A stretch of DNA of 63,078 bases, counting the filler, from Octopus bimaculoides (lineage: Eukaryota), in NCBI RefSeq assembly GCF_001194135.2. It is 6 parts of 6 records of this genome, joined end to end, with 100 filler letters (N's around TTAATTAATTAA, not from the genome) between each part and the next. Parts side by side here need not be neighbours in the genome. Positions count along the whole stretch, not along the records: positions 1 to 13,958 come from NC_068983.1; 5 more parts are not named here. One strand, written 5' to 3'. Made by a program: the position numbers and the translations under genes. This document shows, in pieces, positions 1 through 11,489 of this stretch. Below the pieces are notes generated by a model. That model saw only the letters and a list, made by a program, of their open reading frames with translations, did no database searches and was not told the DNA's origin. The first letter of the stretch is position 1; each line of letters starts with the position of its first letter.

Positions 1-59
1 TATATATATATATATATATTTATATATATTTAAAAGAAGCAGTCTGTTGGTTATGATGC

Positions 60-350
60 CTGCTGATATGATCAATGGCACAGCTTGCTCGTAAAATTAA
101 CATGCAAGTGACTGAGCACTCCACAGATATGTGTACCCCTAACGTAGTTTTCAGGAAGATTCAGTGTGATACAAAGTGTGACAAGGCTGCCCCTCTGAAT
201 TACAGGTACTATTCATTTTTGCCACCTGAGTGGACTGGAGCAACGTGAAATAGAGTGTCTTGCTGAAGGACACAACATGTCGCCAGGAATTGAACTCACA
301 ACCTTATGATCGTGAGCCAAATGCCCTAACCTCTAAGCCATGCACCTTCA
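60..350 (-). mobile_element. SINE family C
   Basis: gagtggactggagcaacgtgaaata..gaattgaactcac..ccctaacc (reverse-complement tRNA head). Confidence 0.78.
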
Positions 351-2448
351 CACACACACACACATGCACATGCACACACATATATATTAATACATAAATT
401 GATAATATATACACATACACAAGCATACTGTCATCAATTACATTTTTGTCTAGTGGCATTTTTACCCTTAAAATACACTTCATGTTAGAATTTATGAAAG
501 TATATACAAAATATGCATCCCTCTTGTCCTTAATTATTTGCCAATAAATTCTTTCTTTGCTATTAGTTATTCAAAAAAGAGCATGAATTGACAATTTTTA
601 GAATGTTGGGCAAAATGCCTTGTGGTATTTGCTTTGTTTCTTTACATTCTGAGTTCATATCTTACCAACATCAAGAATTATTAATTATTTAATATTTATA
701 ACTTTTTAATATTTGTAATTATTTACTCTTTTGGGACGTCTTCTTGGTAATGTTGTCATTAATATTTTTTTTGTTATCCTTGATAATTATTTCACAAAAT
801 TTATTAAAATTCTGTTCTTTCTAAATATTCTTTTTTCTGATACAAACTAACCCATGGAAATATTGTCGAGTTAAAAAAAGAATAAAAAAGAAAGTAACAA
901 CAAAAACAATCCTTACTTCCTTTCCTTTTGGTTTATGTTGAGTCAGTATAATCTTCTTAATGAACACGTATTTTTATAAATTCATGTAATAAAAACTGTA
1001 CTGCATAAAGGCAGCAGCCTACGATCAAAAGCTCACTTACTTAGATTGTGAAAAAAACTAACAAATGACGTTAAACATTTAAAGGAAATTCAAAGAATAA
1101 AGAATTTTGTCTTCATTGTAATGTTATCATTGCTATATAAGCAAGCAGATATCATACTCTCTTTTGTAAATAGCAGTCTTGAAAGTGTAAAATGTATGCG
1201 AATTGTGACTTTTAATATGCAACTGATGAGCCAGATAGATATTACATTGTGGAAATATTTTTTATTTAAGTCATTCTATAAAAACTACTGTTGTATTAAT
1301 TTTTAAATGCGATGTCATTGCATAAAAAAAAGGTGCTTTTTAGTATCACTTTTATTTATCTTGGCTCAATGTGCTCACAATCATGAAAGAAAAAGCTGAT
1401 ATAAATCTATATGTTAATGGTATATTAAGTTTATTATTGCTACTCAGGCATCTTGAATTTTGAATGCAAATTAAAATTATGGCTCATTATATTGCTCTGC
1501 ATGTGATGGCCTAGATATCCAAATGTTATTGCATCAAAGTGCTGATGGTATACAACTGACAAACCCTTCAGACAAGAATAAAGTAAGACAACTTTAAGCA
1601 ATTTTCTTAGAATTGAAGATTAATGATGAGATGTAGCATGTTTCTAAGATATTTCATATTGATTTTGTGAAAGATATATCTTTCAACTTCAAGAAAATGT
1701 GAAATAATAGATTTGAGAGCAAACAAGGCTATCAACAACAGCATGTAAATACTTGGTTACAAATAAACTTTTCAATAGTAAAAAATCAAAGCCTAGTTTT
1801 TCTAGACAAAGAGTTTTTAAAATAACATTTACCTGCTGTAGTCTATAGCTTTGTTTTTCTTCAGGATTCATCATTCGAGAGATGAAATACATATATGTGT
1901 GAGTGTGTACACACACACACACATACATAGTTTCTGTGTATATGTATATATGTATACATACATACTGAATACACTGTCTTGTAGATCTCAATATACCAAA
2001 CCATCAAGCATGGAAAACATTGATTATAAATGTCTATCCATGCCAGAGACTTTTTTAACAATTTTTGTTAGATGTAAATGAAAAATAAACTATGAAATTA
2101 TGTTACTGAATAAACTTAAGAAGACTTGCCACTATACAATTAATCAGGATATAATAGTGAATAGTCATTTGATATATAAGAAATAGCTGTAGTTATTTGT
2201 GTAACATTGATATATACAACTCAAGAAATGTTTGAATTACAGAAATGTCAGCCATGTAAGAATTTTGATTAACTGATTCATTTAACAGAATAGTGAAATC
2301 TTACTCAATAAACTTTAAAAACAAAATCACATTAAATAAAACAAAATCTCAACATACATCCTGAAATGAGAAAATTATCTTGCCTGGGGCAACTTTACTT
2401 TTTATATTTTCCTTATCATTAAAATAAGTGTCAGTAAATTACTGAGGT

Positions 2449-2850
2449 AAGGTGGTGAGCTGGCAGAAACGTTAGCACACCGGGTGAAATGCTTAGCAGT
2501 ATTTCCTCTCTCTTTATGTTCTGAGTTCAAATTCCACCAAGGTTGACTTTGCCTTTCATCCTTTCGGGGTTGATAAATTAACTACCAGTTGCATACTGGG
2601 ACGATCTAATCGATTGCCACCCCCTCCCCCAAAATTTCGGGCCTTGTGCCTAGAGTAGAAAAGAATCGTAAGCAAGCTGGACAAAATGTTTAGCGGTATT
2701 TTGTCCATTTTTACATTCTGAGTTCAAATTCCACCGAAGTTGACTTTGCCTGTCATCCTTTTATGGTTGATTAAATTAGTACCAATTGAGCAATGTAAGT
2801 ACCGATTGAGGTCAATGTAATTGACTTACCCCTCTCCTTGATATCAATAG
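2449..2850 (+). mobile_element. SINE family A, one full and one partial tandem copy (CpG-decayed)
   Basis: Head aagg(c/t)gg(c/t)gagctggcagaaacgttagc, B-box gagttcaaattcc, core gcctttcatcctttcgggg..gataaattaa. The core resembles the MetaSINE-type domain (from recall). Confidence 0.8.
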
Positions 2851-3624
2851 CATTGAGCCGAAAATTAGAAAGAATAATATATTGAAGTTGAGTTAATTAA
2901 CTATACCTCCTACAAAAATAGGCCAGGTAGGAAATCAATATTATTAATGAAACATTTATACTTTTGAGCAATTTCAAGTATCCCACCTCACTAAAAAAAC
3001 ACAACAACCAAAAATCCCAAAAAGAAGGAATCAAAGATGTTTTACTACAATACTTAAATACCATTTAGATATTAGAAAATGTATTTTTTTAGCCTTACTA
3101 AATTAAGATCTATGACCAAATATTGAAAACATATTTTATGAAAAATTTTACTTTCTTGCTTTAAATATTTAATGCTTCATGAAAATCACTCTTCCAATGA
3201 TATTTGTACAGACAGACATAAAAAGACCCCATATTTATTGTTATATTGCTGGCCTCATTTCCTTAACACTTTATTGGAAATTTCCTTCATTGTTCATTGT
3301 TCTTCATATGTAAACCATGCTTGAATAAATTCTGCACATTATTGAAATCTTCTATGATATGTATATACTTAATAAAATTGAATTGTTCAAATAAAGACAA
3401 AGGGAAATCTTCCATTGTAAGACCCTTATGATTGCTATGAAATCTGAAATTGTACACTAATAAGAATATTTGATCATTTCTGTGGTAAAAAAAAACAAAA
3501 AACAATTTTTTTTTTCATGTGTTTGTAATAATGTGTAGTGATTAATGCTTTTAGTGTTGTGCAATATCTGCACAATATCTCCGTTTGTATGTATTTACAT
3601 ACATGTGTATGTATGTGTATATGC

Positions 3625-3905
3625 ATATCTGTATAATCATAGGCATGACATTATAGTTAAGTTTACTTCCTAACCATGTGGTTTCTTGTTCAGTCCACTG
3701 AAATTTGGGCCATATTTCTTCATCTATGCCATGGACTGATTAAATCCTGGTTACTGAATTTTGTAGACTAAAACTGAAAGAAGCCTATAGTGTGTGTTTG
3801 TGCATGTGAATATATATATGAGCATGTGTGTATGTCATTTTTGTGTCTCCTTGTCTTGACAATGTATAAGAATTGCAAACGAGTGCCACTGTCATGCTAG
3901 CAGTG
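3625..3905 (+). mobile_element. SINE family B (CpG-decayed)
   Basis: ctaaccatgtggtttcttgttcagtccact..tagactaaaactgaaagaagcct. Confidence 0.65.
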
Positions 3906-4448
3906 TTTTCTGTGACTCAAGCAGACTTGGAAAGTGGATGTCAAAATGATTGTGTGTATATGAAACAAAAGATGGTAGGCAGTTTTAACAGGAGATCAAT
4001 GTAAGCTGGAAACTTTGCTGTTTTCTCCAAATTTCTTAGGTTGAAGAGCAAACTATTGTTTCACTACTTGTGAGTGACAAAAAGAATAGGTTTCCAGCAG
4101 TCTGGCTTTATGGAAGCTGCATACTTGGCAGTCAGCAAAGAATGAAAGAGATTCAAAGTTTTGGAAAAGTGTGTGTATATATGTATGTGTAATATCTACT
4201 AGTCTGTATGTATATATTTTACAATGTAAAGTGAAAAAATTAAATATATATCATTGTTATTACAAGATCAAAGACCAAAAAAAAAAAGTTTCAATCAAGC
4301 TTTTCTTTTTGTTTGATAAATCATAATTTGGAAAATAATAAATTTCAACTGTATAAAATTATATTCATGTTTATATGTTGTTTTTAATGTTGTTTTTATT
4401 TTTGTCACAATGTTCTTTTTGCTCTAAAAACTAATATTCAATCTTGAC

Positions 4449-4665
4449 ATGGCAGCGAGCTGGCAGAAACGTTAGCACGCCAGGCAAAATGCTTAGCGCT
4501 ATTTCGTTTGCCGTTACGTTCTGAGTTCAAATTCCGCCGGGGTCGACTTAGCATTTCATCCTTTTGGGGTCGATAAATTAAGTACCAGCTGGGTACTGGG
4601 GTCGATCTAATCGACTGGCCTTCCTCCCCTCAAATTTCGGGCCTTGTGCCTAGATTAGAAAAGAA
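4449..4665 (+). mobile_element. SINE family A
   Basis: Same head and core as 2449 and 61741. Confidence 0.8.
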
Positions 4666-4994
4666 AAAAGAATAGTCAATCTTAACAACTGAGAGGCAGA
4701 TTTAAGAAAAAATATGGTTAAAGGGCGACAACTTTGTTTTTTTTGTTTTTCAAAACACGCTGATGTGTATTGTCAGGCGTTTTCTTACGCGGGTATATGA
4801 AGATTTTGGTAAGCCTGTATTTGTTGCGTAAGAAGCTCTGCGATTGGAAGTAGATGTCGGAGATTTAGAGATCGATAAATATTATGAAATATTGTTAATT
4901 CTTAACAAAATCTACAGCTAGAGCGATTGAGTTTAGCTGAATGAAATCATTAAAGTATTGCACGTAGGAAACACAAGACACTAGTTTCTTTTAT

Positions 4995-5690
4995 CTTACC
5001 TTTTACTTATGTCAGTCATTGGATTGCGGCCAGGCTGGAGCACCGCATTGAAGGACTTTTAGCTGAACAAATCGTGGTAAATTTTCAGAGTAACACCCGC
5101 ACGATTTTCAGTAAGAAAAGAAAAAAAAGAACAAAAAAAAAAACTCGGATTTTTTGCATGGAATCAAGTACCCTGACCTCCTAATATGCTGCAAATCCCT
5201 TATTTTGGTTCGGAAAGTGTGTGTGTGGGGGACCCCGTTCCAGATTCATTGAAAATACTAATATGTTCCAAAGCCCTTTTTGGGGGTCCGAAAAACGGAA
5301 GGTACCAAACGGAGTGGAGTGAGGTGGAAGCCTCAGAAATTTCACTCACCCCAGCCTCATTGACCTTTTCAGGGTTAGGGTTTTAGGATTAGGGTTAGGA
5401 TTCCGGGACGGGGGTCTCCTCCTTCACCCACCTCTTTCCGAACCAAAATAAGGGGTTTGCAGCATATTAGGAGGTCAGGGTTTTTTTTTTCTTAGTGAAA
5501 ATCGTGCGGGTGTTACTCTGAAAATTTACCCAAATCGTCCTCAGTACTTATGTTTTGTTTTAAAGTCTGGTACTTATTCTATCGGTCTCTTTTGCGGAAT
5601 CGCTAAGTTACGGTTCCTAAATAAACTAGCACCGGTTGTCAAGCGGTGTGGGGAGACTATCACACACACACACACACACACACACACGCA
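4995..5690 (-). mobile_element. SINE family B body, split by the 5076-5530 MITE
   Basis: cagtcattggattgcggcc..gctggagcacc resumes after the TSD as cctcagtacttat..tacttattctatcggtctct. Confidence 0.78.
5076..5530. mobile_element. Double-foldback MITE (Merlin-like) inserted into a SINE
   Basis: 44-bp TIRs with 1 mismatch (ggtaaattttcagagtaacacccgcacg...), inner 48-bp inverted repeat (5170-5217 / 5434-5481, 1 mismatch), 8-bp TSD caaatcgt (5068-75, 5531-38), degenerate TTAGGG run at 5371-5402. Confidence 0.88.
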
Positions 5691-5861
5691 AGTAGCGCTC
5701 TGGCGGATTTACTGTAATGTTTATATGCGTCCACTACTGATTGCATATTCTTGACTTTGTGCGAACTCCATCTGCTAACATTATCATGTAATTCCGTACC
5801 TCCAGAAACAGCTGTCGGACCTGTAATACCATACCGTCTCGTCTCTCGTTAGAGCATCATA

Positions 5862-6000
5862 AAAAGTTCTATATAGTATTTCTTCCGGCTCTTTACGTTC
5901 TGAATTAAAATCTCACCGAGGTCAACTTTGCTTTTCATGCCTTCGGGGTTGATAAAATAAAGTACTTGGGCGCGAGCTAACAGAATCGTTAGAGCGGGCA
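5862..6000 (-). mobile_element. SINE family A (partial)
   Basis: Rearranged pieces of the family A head and core. Confidence 0.6.
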
Positions 6001-6445
6001 TGAGCAAGCTTTTTCGACAAGCGGGCCGCATGAGACTTGGTTCATCATCAGGCGGTCCGTACTACTAAAAAAAATTCAGGCGTGACATTAAGAAAGTCGC
6101 ATGCTGAAATGGGGAAGGAAGTAGAAAATGCTTCATCACGGATATGGCAGTCGAATGTGAGAGTAAAGATGAAAGCTGGGAGTAAAAGAGAGTCTCAGAA
6201 CGTAGTAAAACAAAGTAATTAATCATCATAATTAGTTTATCGAGATGGCTGCATGAATGATGAGGGAAAAAGTGTGCTGTAGTATGGGCCCAAAAACCTG
6301 CGCATTTCCTGGTAGCATCAGCGCTGCATGACATCTCTGGAAGGAATGATACTTTCAGAGAGTGCCGAAATCGTTGTGATCTCTGCATGACAGCGGATGA
6401 AGGGAGTGTCTCGCAGTACAAGCTTTATAATAATAATGATAATAA

Positions 6446-7290
6446 ATTCCTGAGGGAAGTGCGGCAACTGTTGTTGCAAAGGTGAAATTAATGGCAAGGA
6501 ACAGAGCGCATGAATAATTGGCTGATAGGTGGGAGCAGAAACCTCTGCATGGAAAATATGTGGCCCCCAAAACAAGCTGATGTTAACCAGAAGCACACAC
6601 ATCAGTGGCTACGGAGCTCAGGGCTAAAGGCAGAGAACGAAGACTTTATCTTAGCTACTCAAGATCAAAGCTCACTGACCTAGCCAATGTGATGAAAAAT
6701 GGTGTAGATCCAAAATGTCGATTCTACAATGATGAAATTCAAACAGTTGACCACTTAATCTCTAAATGTAAAGTTTTAGCACCCTTGGTATATGAATCAA
6801 GACATCATAGCTGGTCAATATCTGCACTGGTTAATAAGTTGGCATTATAAAATCAAAACTGTTGACAAATTGTATAACCACCACCCTGAGGCTGTAACTG
6901 AGGGAGAAAATGTAATGATCCTTTAGGACTTTCCTATACATATAGACCGAACCATCAAAGCTAATAAACCAGATATTGTCGTGAAAGACTATAACAATAA
7001 AGTTTATTGATCGACATGAATATTTCTTGTGATCATAAAGAATTTGATAATCTCAGAAAATATAAAGAATTTCTCATTGAAATCGAAAAAATGTGGCATC
7101 TCAAGGCGGTTACAATACCAGTGAGTGTAGGTGCACAACGAATGATAAATAAAGGAACTGAAAATTATTTGAGGATGATCCCTGGCTTACCATCCATGCA
7201 AGAAGTGCATAAGATTGTTTTAAATGATACATTAGACGCATTGAGAAGAGCATTGTCGCTGCGAGAACGATTACCAGCCAGGTAATTTTT
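6446..7290 (+). mobile_element. R4/Dong-like (RLE) non-LTR retrotransposon, 5'-truncated 3' fragment
   Basis: WEQKPLHGKY, QWLRSSGLKAENEDFILATQDQS, zinc knuckle CRFYNDEIQTVDHLISKC, PD-(D/E)xK nuclease NKPDIVVKD..LIDMNIS..KY, and tail IPVSVGA..LRRALSL. Frameshifted. Confidence 0.88.
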
Positions 7291-7309
7291 AAAAACTACT
7301 ACTTTTAAT

Positions 7310-7770
7310 TTTGGCACAAAGCGTGACATCTTGCGGGAGGTGGTGGAGGTGGCGTATCTATTACATCGACCCTAGTACTCAACTAGTATCTATTCTATCG
7401 ACCCTGAATGTATGAAAGGCACTGCCGACCTGGGCGAAATTTGATCTCGGGGCGTAAAGTCAGAAAATACGCCGTTAAGCATTTTGTCCGGGGTNNNNNN
7501 NNNNNNNNNNNNNNNNNNNNNNNNNNNNNNNNNNNNNNNNNNNNNNNNNNNNNNNNNNNNNNNNNNNNNNNNNNNNNNNNNNNNNNNNNNNNNNNNNNNN
7601 NNNNNNNNNNNNNNNNNNNNNNNNNNNNNNNNNNNNNNNNNNNNNNNNNNNNNNNNNNNNNNNNNNNNNCTTTCATCCTTTCAAGGTCGATAACATAAGT
7701 ACCAGTTGAAACTGGGGTCGATGTAATCGACTTAAATCCGGCCCTGAAATTTCTGGCCTTGTACCAGAGT
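7310..7770. mobile_element. SINE family A copies on both sides of an N gap (minus 7310-7494, plus 7670-7770)
   Basis: tattctatcgaccctgaa..atgaaaggc (reverse-complement core) and tttcatcctttcaaggtcgataa. Confidence 0.7.
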
Positions 7771-7774
7771 TTAC

Positions 7775-8175
7775 TCACTTTTTACTCTTTTACTTGTTTC
7801 AGTCATTTGACTGTGGCCATGCTGGAGCACCGCCTATAGTCGAGCAAATCGACCCCAGGACTTATTTTTTATAAGCCTAGTACTTATTCTATCGGTCTCT
7901 TTAGCTGAACCTCTAAGTTACGAGGACGTAAACACACTAGCATCGGTTGTCAAGCGATGTTGGGGGGACAAACACTGACACACAAACATACACACACACA
8001 TATATACACATATACGACGGGCTTCTTTGAATTTCCGTCTACCAAATCCACTCACAAGGCTTTGGTTGGCCCGAGCCTATAGTAGAAGACACTTGCCCAA
8101 GGTGACACGCAGTGGACTGAACCCGGAACCATGTGGTTCACCAGCAAGCTACTTACCACACAGCCACTCCTACGC
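7775..8175 (-). mobile_element. SINE family B, near full length
   Basis: rc head aggagtggctgtgtggtaagtagcttgc..ggttcagtcc, internal (CA)n, body ttcagtcatttgactg(c/t)ggccatgctggagcacc. Confidence 0.82.
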
Positions 8176-9200
8176 CTATTTTTTTTTTTTTCGAAACCAA
8201 TATTAAGAATAAAAAATTGTTGGTAGAATTAAGGAAGGGAGGTAATCCGTTGTCTCTTGCGTTTCCTCCGCTCTCTCTCACTCTCCATCTGTACTTTCAA
8301 TTTTTCAATATCTTCTACGTTCTGCGGTAAGTGGTTAAAGTATATTGTTAGATATAAATAGGACGCAAATCTCATTCTGGAATAAGATTTTTTTGTGCGT
8401 AAAGTACACCAACAGTTTTCTTGCAGGCGGAGACAGATAGTGAAGTGCAATCGCCACATGACGTAAATTTCAGATAGCAGCAGCCAGAAAATAAATTTAA
8501 ACTTGAAGAAGACACGAAAGAGAGGAAAGGAGAGAAAACAAACAAACAAGTAAACATACACACCCATCCACATATATATACCACATGCACGCACGCATGT
8601 ATGCATGCACACACACGCACGCACGCACGCACACACACACGCATACACTCACGCACGTACGCACGCACACGCGCACACACACACGTGCACACACATATAC
8701 AGAGGCATCCCACGCATCACGAAATCTACGTAACGCGGAATTCATGCGATGCGAAATCTACTTTCCCATTGATTTCCTTGTTAGATGAAAACGTATCTTT
8801 GTACAGCTCAGTGTTGAAACTGAGTACATTTTGAGCAACTCTTAAATTGCTTTCATGACTTAGCTTTATTATAAGAAAAAACTTGTTGACTTTGTTCTAC
8901 AACTGTCAACTCTTCAACCACATTTTTTTGCAGTTAACTGAAATGGAGCGGGGGAAGCATTTGTATACTCTTCTTGACCCGCATCAACACTTCATTAGAC
9001 AAACTTTCTTTATAGGACTCTAAAAGCCCCTACAACTTCCTCAAACCCTACATCGTTTGCCAGTGCTGCAATAGCTTACTAAGCTTGATGTAGACTTTTT
9101 GTTTGTGGAATTCTGTAGAGTTATGCATAAAGTCTGGTCATATGTTTTACCAAACGCTAGTCATATCTAAGAGTTTCACACCATCTCATGACTTGTTTAT

Positions 9201-9291
9201 GTTATGCACTGCAGTTATGCACTGCAGTTATGCACTGCAGTTATGCACTGCAGTTATGCACTGCAGTTATGCACTGCAGTTATGCACTGCA
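9201..9291. repeat. Perfect minisatellite (gttatgcactgca) x7
   Basis: 91 nt = 7 identical 13-bp units. Confidence 0.95.
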
Positions 9292-9591
9292 TCCGCGATT
9301 TGAACTTTTCCCGGAAGTCTCTAACTGCAGGTTTATCTACCTATCAATTGCTTTTATAAATTGTTTCAAAGTTCTCAGTTAATGTGGCTTAAATTATCTA
9401 TCACATCTTGATCTACTGGCTGGAACAAAGATGTTGAGTTCAATGACATATTAATACATGGCCTACATACACTTTAGAAAGTCCATTAAAGTTGAATGGC
9501 TAGAATGGTGCATAATCTAACAAGAAAAATGCTTTGCTGGGAATATTACAGCTAGCACTGTACCTATCTTGAGCAGGGCATAAAAAGTCTT

Positions 9592-9896
9592 ACAGTTCTA
9601 TATTTAAGAGATGAGGAATTATTTACATTATTTACATTATTTACATTTGACGTAGTGGTTAAGAGCGCGGGCTACTAACCCCAAGGTTCCGAGTTCGATT
9701 CACGGCAGCGACCTGATTAATAATAGTAATAATAATAATAATATAATAATAATAGTAACATCGTTAGGAATGAGAACCCAGGTTCGAAATTTCCCCAAGA
9801 CACCTGACGAAGGCTGGAGGGTATATCAGCCGAAACGTTGTGTTAACAACAAACAAGATGAGGAGAAATATCTGTCAAATGTAAATAATGTAAATA
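9592..9896 (+). mobile_element. tRNA-headed, hammerhead-containing SINE-like element, copy 1, with inverted tail at its 5' side
   Basis: A-box-like (tgacg)tagtgg and B-box gagttcgattc, a (TAA)n spacer, a hammerhead motif, then an aatgtaaat tail. 12-bp TSD ataaaaagtctt at 9580-9591 and 9897-9908. Confidence 0.85.
9799..9844 (+). ncRNA. Minimal type I hammerhead ribozyme motif
   Basis: GACAC-CTGACGA-A-GGCTG(gagggtatat)CAGCC-GAAA-CG-TT-GTGTT. Helix I GACAC/GTGTT, CUGANGA and GAAA core, 5-bp helix II, loopless palindromic ACGU helix III, GUU cleavage triplet. Confidence 0.75.
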
Positions 9897-11184
9897 ATAA
9901 AAAGTCTTTGTAAACCAACTTTGGAAAAGACTCACGAGTCATCCAACTCTTTTTTGTTAAATACCAAATCACAAGTAGATAAAAATTAGCATAGTCTTTG
10001 AAAACCCTACGATTTTGGGTGATACTCTATTAGGGGGTTTTAATTCCATATCACCAGTAGCATTTACTCTTATATGAACATCAGAAAAGTTCTGGAAGCT
10101 TTAAAAAGTCTCGTAGGTATATGCTTCCAGAAAAGCGAAGTTTCATCAATATCATAGACATGTTTTGGCATGTAACCTCCTTCAGCAATTATTTTTCAGC
10201 TTTTTAGAATAATTTGTTGCAGCTTCTGTATCAGTACTTGTAGTTTTATTGACCATTTTTATGTTGAGCAAATTTAGGTGACTCTTAAGTCTTTCAAACC
10301 AGCGTTTACTTGCAAGAAAATCTTTTGCTTCAGAAGTCGTGTCTTCCGCCTTGTGCAAATTGTCACACAAACTTTTAGTATTCATTAGAATGACTATCAT
10401 ATCCATTGGTAAATTACATCCCATTTTGTCGGCGAGCCACACACTCAGGAGCCGTCCCATTTTAAGCAGCACTTCAGATCTATGGAAAAAAAAAAAACAA
10501 AAGCAGGAAAAAACTAAAACAAAACAAAAACAACAGCCACAACAACAACAACAACAACGACAACCTTAAAACATCCGGACACTTAACTGAATAGCTATTT
10601 GAGCACTTGACCTAATTCGATATTCATTACCATGTATTACTCCTATAGTAAACATTGCAAGTTACATACTTTTACGATATTGCTGGATTTTCTTCTACAT
10701 TAAACCTTGTAGATTAAGTTTTACAAAAGCTTGATCATCATTCAATGCGATCTCTTTATGACTTCTGAGAATAAAAATAAAAATGTGATAAAATGAAGAG
10801 CAAAGGATGTAACAGTTGATTTTAATCTTTTGCATTTGTTTATATTAATACTCTTCGATATTTTCATTTTATATCTCCATATCATCGCTTGCACTTTGAT
10901 ATATTTATTTTATTTTAGCATTCGGCATTAAAATAACCATTTCACACTATCTTATCATTTCATGTAGTTTTACCAACCCAAACTATATTATTACCTTATA
11001 CAATGATATACATTATCATGCCATATTAAGCTTATGTCATTTTGTTATTATTAAACGTATTTGTATAGCTACATTGTTATAACATTTATATTATAACATC
11101 CATTCACACTTAAATTGAATCACCATCTTGTCTAATAAGTTATTACTACATCTGTATTATTGTACTATTATTTATCTGTTGTTG

Positions 11185-11489
11185 TTGGCACTCCGTCGCT
11201 TACGACGACGAGGGTTCCAGTTGATCCGATCAACGGAACAACCTACTCGTGAAATTAACGTGCAAGTGGCTGAGCACTCCACAGACACGTGTACCCTTAA
11301 CGTAGTTCTCGGGGATATTCAGCGTGACACAGTGTGACAAAGCTGACCCTTTGAATTACAGGCACAGCAGAAACAGGAAGTAAGAGTGAGAGAAAGTTGT
11401 GGTGAAAGAGTACAGCAGGGTTCGCCACCATCCTGCCGGAGCCTCGTGGAGCTTTTAGGTGTTTTCGCTCAATAAACACTCACAACGCC
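11185..11489 (-). mobile_element. SINE family C (long form), cut by a gap
   Basis: Nearly identical in outline to 57925-58298: gttggcactccgtcgcttacgacg..tcaataaacactcacaacgcc. Confidence 0.8.

Larger units (their letters stand above)
8770..10475 (-). mobile_element. Tigger/pogo-like DNA transposon fossil (CENP-B HTH + DDE), interrupted by an insertion at 9592-9896
   Basis: Minus-strand pieces in Tigger order: KMGRLLSVWLADK..DFLASKRWFERLK..TSTDTEAA, EGGYMPKHVYDIDETS, NATGDMELKP, KKSWMT, FLLDYAP, NSTSLFQPVDQDVI. Many stops and frameshifts; ends approximate. Confidence 0.88.

Noticed and set aside
9201-9291. Regular short repeats as a CRISPR array
   Set aside because: There are no spacers, the context is eukaryotic, and the unit derives from Tigger coding sequence.
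9653-9712. tRNA genes at A/B-box motifs here and in other SINE heads
   Set aside because: There is no complete cloverleaf, and each continues into a repeated SINE body.
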